A DNA stretch of 64,000 nt, taken from Bdellovibrionales bacterium (GTDB taxonomy: Bacteria; Bdellovibrionota; Bdellovibrionia; Bdellovibrionales; JAGQZY01). Positions 29,296 through 39,200 of the stretch are shown one piece after another. A program made the translations under genes and the position numbers. The notes under the pieces were generated by a model, which saw nothing but the letters and a program-made list of their open reading frames with translations, made no database searches and was not told the DNA's origin. The stretch's first letter is position 1, and each line of letters begins with the position of its first letter. The stretch spans positions 480,001-544,000 of the forward strand of contig CAXRHT010000002.1 in NCBI GenBank assembly GCA_964230645.1. The letters are read 5' to 3'.

Positions 29296-30537
29296 TTATA
29301 ACTCTCCTGCTGGATCGGCTGTTAAGACATCCGTCTCATTGGAGAATTCTAAGGCCGTGTCCGCTGAAACTGTAGAATAGTTGGCTCCTTGATAGTCATC
29401 TAGGAAGTCCTCAAGAAAAGAACCACTGACTGACCCTCCTGAAAGAGATTGGCTCGTATCAGAACAGCGAGCTCCGTCCTGGTTCATGCTACCATCACTG
29501 GCATTCACACAACCTTCGTATAGGCTTGTTGTGGGTAAGTAATTTGAAATAAGGCTCAGCGAAAAGAGTCCGCCTGTTGTGTTAGGTTTTCCAGCAAGAA
29601 CAAACATTGTCTGATGAAAAGTAGTACCTGGGCCGTCATTTTGATCTTGCCCTCGAGCACTGAGAATATAGCCATTATCCTCGCCTTCATCGTAGTAAAG
29701 ACGATAAAAACTCATATGAGGCTCTTCCCCCGATGGTCCTTGATAATCACTCGTTCCACTTTGAGGTCCAGATACATACTCTCCTTTTAGAATGTCATTT
29801 GTGACATCGTAAAAAACCACCGTTCTTGATGTATAGTCTGTGCCTTCGTGATTGTAATTTTCTGCCGTAGCGACGTTAACCACTGAAGAACTGGCACGAA
29901 AATAATAAATTTGAGTGCCACCATTGAGTTCACTAAGGTCTATAGTAGCTTTCTTATCGTAGTTAGTGGAAGTTTCGGCATCCTCGATAACAATGTTCAT
30001 TTTGGTGCCATCTTCCAAATCGTTTACATCCGCAAAATCACACTGAGACTCCATTCCTGCTTTTAAAGCCGGAGTAAACTCAAAAGACTCCCCCTCAGAG
30101 CCTGTATTTTCTGGATAACCACTGGAGTTTCCAAGAGCGACTCCCATAGCACACATTATCCTCATCGCCCCCTGCACTCGGCCGACAACTGAGATGTCAG
30201 AACCATTGTCTCTTCTTGAGTCAGCATCAATCTCGTTACCCATATAATCTTTGGTCGAAACCATGCTACAACTACCACCTGAGCAAGCCTGATCGGGAAA
30301 GTCCGTATTGCTATCCCAGTTTCCATCGGCATCAAGATCGGGAGCTGCCGAGGCATTCACTCCTGAAGAACTTTCAGACTTAATAAAATCGAGCCGAGAG
30401 AGTTTAGACGACAAGGTCCCATAGGAATTTGTCATCGGATTGACCACCTCATTATTTCCTGAGTTGTTACTGTCATCAGAACTACAAGCAATAAGAATTG
30501 CGGGAAGTAGAATTGTCAGAAAAAATCTTACTTTCAT
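29296..30537 (-). CDS. Hypothetical acidic lipoprotein
   Basis: LIAC lipobox; 413 aa, Ser/Asp/Gly-rich, paired Cys. Confidence 0.85.
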   Translation of the reverse strand: MKVRFFLTILLPAILIACSSDDSNNSGNNEVVNPMTNSYGTLSSKLSRLDFIKSESSSGVNASAAPDLDADGNWDSNTDFPDQACSGGSCSMVSTKDYMGNEIDADSRRDNGSDISVVGRVQGAMRIMCAMGVALGNSSGYPENTGSEGESFEFTPALKAGMESQCDFADVNDLEDGTKMNIVIEDAETSTNYDKKATIDLSELNGGTQIYYFRASSSVVNVATAENYNHEGTDYTSRTVVFYDVTNDILKGEYVSGPQSGTSDYQGPSGEEPHMSFYRLYYDEGEDNGYILSARGQDQNDGPGTTFHQTMFVLAGKPNTTGGLFSLSLISNYLPTTSLYEGCVNASDGSMNQDGARCSDTSQSLSGGSVSGSFLEDFLDDYQGANYSTVSADTALEFSNETDVLTADPAGEL

Positions 30538-30761
30538 AGATGTACTCCTAAAATGTTACAATTTCACAACTCATCGACACTTTGGGGGAAAAGCTATACA
30601 ACAATATTAGTTTAACGAATTTAAAGACTTAGGACTGTCCTATTTTTTCTATCGAAAAATAACCCTAAAAAAAAACAATGATGCTTTTCTCAATAGAATA
30701 CCTCTCTAAACGTTCGCACCTGAAGGATATTGGAAATAAAAAATGATCCTATTGAAAATCA

Positions 30762-31025
30762 TCAACTGAAAAGCTTATGACCATTTAGGTTCACATCACA
30801 GACCAAGCGATCAAAGTGAATTGAAACTGGATTTGTTAAGCGCACAAGACGATCTTCTATAATTTGCCTTAGAATTTCAGTTGTTTCTAAGTGCCCATCC
30901 TCGCCAAAGGAAGGAGTTTCAATTCCCGCGACACATACAATGTCTCCACGATGTCCATTATAGGACCAATGAGGATAAACTTTGAAAGTTTCACCATCGA
31001 TGACTTTTAAAACTTTATAGTCCAT
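30762..31025 (-). CDS. Short thermonuclease (SNase) OB-fold-like protein, degenerate
   Basis: VLKVIDGETF, AGIETP and FDRLVCDV resemble SNase motifs; AAGGAG RBS. Confidence 0.65.
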   Translation of the reverse strand: MDYKVLKVIDGETFKVYPHWSYNGHRGDIVCVAGIETPSFGEDGHLETTEILRQIIEDRLVRLTNPVSIHFDRLVCDVNLNGHKLFS

Positions 31026-31495
31026 AAGACTCTCCTTAAAGCATAATATGCCAAGAGTGTTTTAAAATTTTATTCAACTGGAAGCGGAAGTGCTTGAGAG
31101 AAAAGTTGAACTCAGAATCAAGAAGCAATCACTGAGGAACAAGAACAAAAAAACGATAAAGACAATCTAAACTCTTGTAAAGAATAAAATGAATTTTTTT
31201 TAGTTTTACAAACACTGCATAAAAAAAGAGGGATCGTTTTTTAAATAAAGATTCAAAAGCTTTCCAACATTTTCTCGTTAGAAATTTGTTGTTTTTTCCT
31301 AGGGGAATGAGGAAAAGGGGTTATTAACTGAGCGTGATTTTTTGACATTACCAACCTGCAATGGCTCGGGGAAGACCATTGGCCCTTTTTCAATGTGACA
31401 AAAAAATGGTAGAGGAATTATTCCCTGACTCTCTTTTAGGCATATTCTTTTGCGTTTCAGAGACACTTCCTTAACGGCCCAGGAAAATTTCAAGA

Positions 31496-32104
31496 TTATC
31501 TGAAATTGGGAATCCATTCTTCACGCAACTGGAGGATCGGCTCCTCCAATCGACTTTCAAATTCTTTCAAAATCAGTGGTGTAGCCCCTTGAGCCAATCC
31601 TCGCCCACGCTCAATAGCAAGGGATAGTTCTTGCTTCTGCCAGAAAAACACTTTTGTGCTAAACATAGCAAAGCGGGCTGCGCGATTTAATGTTTGATTG
31701 TAACCTTGCTCCTTGATGAAGGCGTAAACACCCACTTCACCTACAATATCAGTTTTGAATTTAAGAAGACAGTGCACAAAATCATGAATCCGAACATAGC
31801 GCATGGACACCGGGTAATCTTGATAAGCCTCATAGGAAAGAGAACTAAAGTTTAAGGGCTTGAGATTGTTTTCTTTTAGGAAATCAGCATAGGTACGTCC
31901 CAGTGAACCTGTTGGAAAGGAATCCAGTTCCTTTAAATTTAAGGGTTTAAAGCTCAAGTCTTTCAAAGACAGAGCTGCCTGGAAATAAGGACTTTCGTGA
32001 TCCTTTTTCGCTGAGAGCTGTAGCTTAAGACCCGCGGTATCGCCTAAAAACTGGCCCTTCTTTATGTGCTTGAGCCTTCGCAATAAATTAGAGCTGTTCA
32101 TCAC
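31496..32104 (-). CDS. Coq4 family protein
   Basis: PTGSLGRTYADFL and HDFVH...GE metal-binding motif. Confidence 0.8.
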   Translation of the reverse strand: MMNSSNLLRRLKHIKKGQFLGDTAGLKLQLSAKKDHESPYFQAALSLKDLSFKPLNLKELDSFPTGSLGRTYADFLKENNLKPLNFSSLSYEAYQDYPVSMRYVRIHDFVHCLLKFKTDIVGEVGVYAFIKEQGYNQTLNRAARFAMFSTKVFFWQKQELSLAIERGRGLAQGATPLILKEFESRLEEPILQLREEWIPNFR

Positions 32105-32126
32105 TTAACTTTTCCTTTTCACCAAT

Positions 32127-33155
32127 CTATCTAAACTCATGCTTTACAAAACTGTTTAATGTGACCGGAACCAGTTCGTATCCCTGTTTTTCACAATAAG
32201 ACCTAAGCCTTTTCAAGCTTCGCTCAACACGCTTGAGATAGTGAGCTTGTACTAATTTTTGGGAATCGGTTCCCGTGGGCTTAAAATATTCCACGGCACT
32301 TTCCTGGTGCCAACCGTAGTGAATATAGAGGTGACTCTCACTAGAGTTGAGTGCCTGTCTTTCAAGATCAAGAAATTGCCTAAAGAAAAGAGCCTCATCG
32401 ACATAGTCCGCCAATGCAAAGTTATCGGGGAAGTAATACATCGTGTTTCCCTTAATCTTAGAGGCCCATGGAAGGGTCGACATTTTAACTTCTCCCCAGA
32501 GTTTTTGGAGAGTTTTTACCAACTCGGTCTCTGGATAAAGCTCCGAGATTAATGAAGGAGGCACTGGCGAGCTATCGATATTGATTCCATTTTCTAGTAA
32601 TGCTTTTTGGGTCTCAAGATTCGACATCCAGCCCCCCGCACGGAAGCTTTGAAGATTGCTAAAACCATTTTTTTCCAATAACTTCAAAGAATGGCTAATG
32701 ATTCTGGAAGCTTCACTTTTACTATAAGCAGTGAGCGGAATATCCGAGCCTCTCTCCCCGCCTTGTTCCTTAGAAGAGCCTCCCCAAAATGAGGGTTTAT
32801 TGCGGTAGTTCACTCTCGCAGACTTCACTAAATTTTCCCAGGCATGGATATGCAGGCCTAACTCGTCTTGAGGGCGAATCACCGATTGGATTTTTTCAGT
32901 GATTTGGGTTTTAGATAAATTAAATTCTTTTTTCGTATAATAGGCGGGATTGAGAAAATGAATAACTGGATACTGCGGAAACTTCTTATTAAAATCTCTC
33001 ATAGCTTCAAGATTTTTTTCTCGTAGAGTATCTCCTTCCCAGTCTACACTCAAAAGAAGATAGACCTTGAGGAGTTTCTTGCTCGTTGTTTTCTTCGCTT
33101 GGCAGCCTGTGATTGCAAGAAAACAAATCCATAAAATGACGAGGTAGAATTTCAT
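32127..33155 (-). CDS. Polysaccharide deacetylase-like (NodB fold) lipoprotein
   Basis: ITGC lipobox; SVDWE, ELGLHIH, SFRAGGW, IDSS motifs. Confidence 0.8.
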   Translation of the reverse strand: MKFYLVILWICFLAITGCQAKKTTSKKLLKVYLLLSVDWEGDTLREKNLEAMRDFNKKFPQYPVIHFLNPAYYTKKEFNLSKTQITEKIQSVIRPQDELGLHIHAWENLVKSARVNYRNKPSFWGGSSKEQGGERGSDIPLTAYSKSEASRIISHSLKLLEKNGFSNLQSFRAGGWMSNLETQKALLENGINIDSSPVPPSLISELYPETELVKTLQKLWGEVKMSTLPWASKIKGNTMYYFPDNFALADYVDEALFFRQFLDLERQALNSSESHLYIHYGWHQESAVEYFKPTGTDSQKLVQAHYLKRVERSLKRLRSYCEKQGYELVPVTLNSFVKHEFR

Positions 33156-33224
33156 AAAACTCCAAGGAAGGTCTTTTATCTTTTCAAAGGATACTCTGGA
33201 GTCTTGTGTTCGGTCAAAGAAAGC

Positions 33225-36200
33225 CTATTTCTGACCTTCTTCCCGAATAAGTTTTTCGATGGCCTCAAGACGCTTTTCAAGCTGCTCGTTTTGACTCTCA
33301 AGCTTTTTGACCTTTTCTTCATGCTCGATTTTCTGCCGGGCGAGGTCACGCTTTAAACGATCAACTTCTTTGGCCTCTTTTTTCTGCGTGGCAAAAAGTT
33401 TATCGATTTTTCTATTAAGCTCTTGAATGGCTTTGACCACAGGAGCGATCAGGTTGGAATAGATCATGGACTTTAGACCTTCATCATCAGTTTCAACAAC
33501 CTCTGGGAAGAGAGGCTCTACATCTTGAGCGATGAAACCAATCTGCTGCTTTTCTTCACGGTCCGTGCGGTATTTATAGGTCACCGGTTTTAGTTGAAGA
33601 ATTTTCTCAAGTGAAGAATCCATAGGTTGAATCTCTTCTTTCAAGCGACGATCGGAACTGTGAGTCCAACCGCCGGTGGTGTAGCGTCCATAGGTGGAAC
33701 CATTGTAAACCGTTAAAATTTCGTCTGGAGTATCGGTTCCAATACCAACGTTACCATCTTTATCGATTCGTAGTCGTTCACCCAGTAGATTAGAGTCTCC
33801 TGGTAGTGCTGTCCCCCCGGGATTCTGAGGCTTAATTGGAACAATGATGTGAGCATATGTCTCGGGGCCATCAAGGGTCCAAGTCACGTTGGCGGTGGTA
33901 TCCCCCGCTCTTATAGAGGCAGCCCCTTGTCCAAGACCTGACATACTACTGTTCCAAAGCTCTGTTTGACTTCCATCGGCAGTCATACTTGCCACAGAAT
34001 CGGAAGCAAGGACATCAAAGACATATTCATCGGTGGCACTGGAAACGCTTCCGGAAATAGGATCACCGTTTCCTGAGTTTGTCGAATGAGTTCCAAAGGG
34101 AGCCCCTTGGTCGACATTGTAAAAGTAGATAGCCCCCATTAAAACTTGGTCATTGCCGGACAAATTCAAAGACAAGGTATGAGTGCCGCTGGGTGGATTC
34201 AACATATACCACACCTCAGCACGGGTTGCAGATGAGTTACTTCGAGCATCCAGCAACGTTAATGCGATGCCGTTATAAGTCAGAGTTGTGACGGTATCAT
34301 TGGAGTCAATAGTAACCCCCACCATTAGTAGTCCATTCGCTTTTGTCGGAATTGTATGAGAGGTCGACATAGAGTCGGAATTAGTGACGGATGTTGAAAT
34401 ATTGGCATAATCCACGCCTATAGGCGCGGCAGAGGCTTCAGCAGTTCTAAAAATAATATCTCCTGATCCTCCACCACCAGTTCCGTTAGACGCATCGATG
34501 TAAAGATCTCCTCCAGGAACATCAAGTCCAGTAGCAGCAGCTCCTCGCAAACGAGTCGTTGTGGGAATCGCACCATCCCCTGTACCAAGCACAATCTCTC
34601 CGTCATTATCAACGGAAAGAACTTGGGTGGGCGTCCCGTCGGGTGCATCCAAAGAGGACGCAGCCCCACCAGCACTAACACAGCTCCAGAAATAACTGGG
34701 CCCAGCACTCATTTCAAGTTTTTCGTCAGGATCACAATGAGGAACGGCATCAGCTCCCATGACATCACCAGCAGAAGTACCAATCGAGGCTTGCAGATAG
34801 CCTGAGAGAAAATTAGAGGTTGTGATTCTTCTTAAAGCACCAGCCGAGGTATCGTGAATAAGAAGGGAGTCAGTACCCGCACGAACGGTTGTCGCTGTCG
34901 TACCGGATATATTAACTTCCACATCATTGGCATTGACGTTGATACCTGCTCCAGCACCGACGGCGAAACTTCGTGAAGAAGTAATATCACCGCCACCGTT
35001 AAGACCAGCGCCAGCGGTGAGGTTTACTGAACCATGATTGATATGTTCATTGGCTATAAAGCCAGAAAGATTGTCATGATCGATACTTCCCTCATTCACA
35101 TCAACGGACACTTCGTTAGCATTACTTAAGACACTCACTCGAACACTACCTGAAGATAAGGTTTTAAATTCAAGGTCTTCTGCACTTTTCTGTTTAAATA
35201 TGGCCTGCCCACCACCCACATTGGAGGCGGTATTGACTTCCCCACCCCCACCACCGGCAGGATCAATCCAAGAGGAACCATCGTAATATTTTAATTTGTT
35301 GGAATCAGCATTATCAAAAGCTAAGTCTCCAGCCTGCGGACTTCCTGGTAGAGCTTCCGGAGTCACACGTATTGGGCCATCTACATGTAAAAGACGCTCA
35401 GGAGCCGTTGTTCCGATACCGACATTACCTAAAGAACTGTCACCGTATATCGTATTTCCAATATTTATAAAGTTGGACGCCGAACCAAAGGGGACATCGG
35501 TATTTGTACCAATTAAGATATTATCTGACCCAAAGGTAAAATTAAAGTTTCCTGAATCCTTCCCAATAAAAATATTATTATCTCCAGAGCCCATAGCTGA
35601 ATTATAGCCCGCTTGATAGCCGATCCCAATATTGTAGTTACCAGTCTGAGCATATAACGTGCTGTAACCGACGGCCGTATTTCCTATCATATTCGCCTGA
35701 GGACCGTTGCCCGAACCGCCAATTGCCAACGAACCTACAGTTGTATTGTAGTCACCCGAATCTATGTCAAATCCTGCATAGGAACCAACTGCCGTATTCT
35801 CATTGTCTCCGTTTGACAGAGATCCTCCGGCTGATGGTCCGATGAGCACCACTCCAGAGTTGACTGTCGAAGATACTCCATCTCCCATCGTCAGAACATT
35901 CGAATTAGAAGTGGCATCATTCAGGTCATTGATTGATGACGCTCCACCACCCGCAAGAAGATCGGTCACTGCTCCTGCTTCATCACGAAATTTTAGTTTG
36001 TTATCAGCCGCATCAACATAAAGTTTATGATAAGTAGCTACATCTGTCGTTGGAGCGGTCATCTCTTTAAAAGACATTCCCCCTTCAAGAGTGAGCTTTT
36101 CGTTGGGACTTGTGGTTCCAACCCCAACATTTCCACTATCTCGGTGAATACTCATATGGGTCGTTGAGGTTCCAGATAAGTGCCCAATGAACTTTAAACT

Positions 36201-39200
36201 ATCACTTCCATTGTCGCCATCAAATTGAAGCTCGAAACCACTAGGAGTAGTAGCACTTGGCGTTTCAAATAAAGCTACGCTTGGAGTATCAAGGTCTCCA
36301 TTACCAGTAACTTGCAGTTGAGCTCCAGTCGATGACTGAATATGTACATTAGATTGAGGCACTGTTGTTCCAAAACCAACGTTACCATTTTGCGAGATTC
36401 TCATTCTTTCATTTGCACTTGTAGTAAAATAGATGTCGTTGTTGTTAATAGTTCGTATATGGATGTCTGCGTCCGAGGTTCGTAGAGTCATGCGACTGCC
36501 ACCAGCGTCGGCAGTATCGATGACGTTGTTTGGATTACCGCCGATGATCCGGCGATCTAGAGTTAAATCACCTGTCATCGGAATTGAGCCATCAGCAAGG
36601 AAATCCCCACTGCCGCCCCCGCCAGTCCAGCCTGTGCTGATATCCTGACAGTTATTTCCTGCCTCATCACAAATTTGCTCTGCGCGGATGGTTCCCGATA
36701 CATCAAGAAGTGAAGCTGGCACTGTTGTTCCAATACCAATATTCCCAACGCCGTCAATTCTTAAGCGTTCAACACCATCGGTTGAAAAACCAAGATTTTC
36801 AGATGTCGGATGAAAAACTCCTGTATTCGTGTCTCCGACAAAACTATAAGTCGGGTCAGTTTCAGAGCCAAGGCTACCGTCAATATTCGCGCCACCAACA
36901 TATTGCGAGCGAAAAAAGTTTTCACCCCATAACCAGCTCAAGTTTCCACCCATGCTCACCCAAATCTGGTCAGCACCAGTTCCTTGGAATCCCGTGTCTT
37001 CATCTCCATCAAATGCAATTCCGGGTAGAGCTGTTGTTCCGTAATCCGCTTGCAGAGCTCCTGTCATTGGAATAGACCCATCGGCTAAGAAATCCCCTGA
37101 GCCTCCGCTACCACCAGCTTCAATCCAAGTGGAACCATCATAAAATTTGAGTTTGTTAGAATCGGCGCTATCAAAGGCCAAGTCTCCTGCTTGTGGACTA
37201 CCTGGCAAAGCTTGTGGGTTTATTCTTATGGGACCATCGGTATGCAATAGTCGCTCAGGTGTTGTTGTTCCAATTCCTACACTTCCCAAATTATCAATTC
37301 TAAGTGCTTCAACGGCTGTTCCGTTATTTTGTGTGTTTATGTAAAAATAGGAATCAACAGCACCACTTGTTGCATCCAATGCGGCCGCTCCGATCTGGGC
37401 CACAGCCTGTTCGTTACCTTCAACGCTCGTCTCAACATAAAAGTCTTGATGAACTCCAATGCCCGCAGCTCCAACACCACCATCAAACGAGCGCGTCAGT
37501 CTTAAAGCCGCTCCACTTGAGTTTCCATTGTTAGTTCTAGCCCGATTAAAAACGGCATGCGACTCTCCAATTACATCTAACACCACATTTGGTGTACTCG
37601 TCCCAATACCGACATTACCTGAATTATAGAATACGTCACCGGCATTATCTGTCCACAATGAACCTCCAGCACTGCCTCCAGCATCGATCCAAGAAGAACC
37701 ATCATAAAATTTAAGCTTGTTAGAATCGGCACTATCAAAGGCTAAGTCTCCAGCTTGGGGGCTGCCCGGCAAAGCTTGGGGATCTATTCTTACAGCCCCA
37801 TCGACGTGCAACGGTCGCTCTGGTACTGTTGTACCGATACCAATATTACCTAAGGTATCAATAGTCATGGCCGTCGAATTGTTCGTTAAGAAATTTAAAT
37901 TTTGAGTATTTGTTGTCCCAACATCTAGAGATCCCGATGGAGCGTTACCACCGTCTATAACATAACCATCATCAGCGATAATCGCTTCGACTTCGGCATT
38001 TGAGAGAACAAAATTTGAACGAGTCATTTTTCTCAATGCTCCGACGGAAGCATCGTAAATTAATACTTCGTCACCGGCTGCTACTGAGGTCTCAGCAGTT
38101 TCATTGGTAATATCAACATTCACTCCAGTTCCATCCACCGTAATAGCGGAACCACCTGTTACTTCAATATCATTAGCGTTCACATTGATTCCGTTACCAG
38201 CGCCCACGGCAAGAGTTCTGTCGGTCGAAAGATCCCCTCCACCTGTAAGGCCACCTCCTGCGATAATTTGTGTAGAGCTTGCCACTTTACCACTATTGAG
38301 TTCAACGATAGCGGCTTGCAAGGTTGTCGCTGTTAGGGGCGTAGTACCTATGGGGATAGCTGTGGCATTGAACTGACTTTCATCAAGAGTTAAAGTGACA
38401 ACATCAGCCACAGTAGAAACACCAATTTTAGAATTGGCTGAAGCTATCGTTCTAAATTCAAAATCAACACCACTTTTTTGTTTAAATATAGGAGTCGCTC
38501 CCCCAACACTGCTAGCAGTATTGACTTCACCCCCAGAAGCTGTTCCAAAAGCCTCCCAACCGGTTCCATCACAAAAAGAAACCGTTCCTCCGACGTATTT
38601 TAGTGTACCTTGTTTTGTCGCACTACAAGCATCAAGGTCATCGCCAATTTGAACTCCACCGTCGACCTGCAACCTTGATTGAGGCGACGTTGTTCCTAGA
38701 CCAACATTCCCGGCGAAATAGTTTTTATCAGACGAGTGCATCTGAAAGACACCGTAGGTTTCATCTCCAGATAGATCTGCAATATAAAGCCCGGCAGCCT
38801 CACCGATTGTTCCTCCGCCAGAGTTGGAGTTCATTGCGTAAAAGTTGTAAGAAAAACCGATCGTTCCAGTCGACTCATTACTAATTGCAGAAAAAGTTCC
38901 AAAATTCGCTCCTGAGAGTCCAGGCCCAGTTTTTTTCACCTGAATGGAGGACCCATAAAGACCACTAACATCTCCGGCACCTGAGTGTTCCACCTCAATT
39001 GACGAGCCACTAATCGAACCACCAATAATTGAGTTGGCTCCTTGCCCACTCACTCGAGTTCTTCTTCCAATATAACTTGTGTTGGTTCCAGCTGAACTAG
39101 GATCAACGCTAAGCTCTAGTTGCTCAAGAAAATGTATGCCGCCATCAGCAACCGTCTGCTCTCCTTCGACATGAAATCTTGAATTGGGGTTGGTTGTACC

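Noticed and set aside
31030..31300. Purine-rich stretch reading IQLEAEVLERKVELRIKK...
   Set aside because: In-frame stop immediately upstream and no convincing start or RBS; cannot support a gene or pseudogene.
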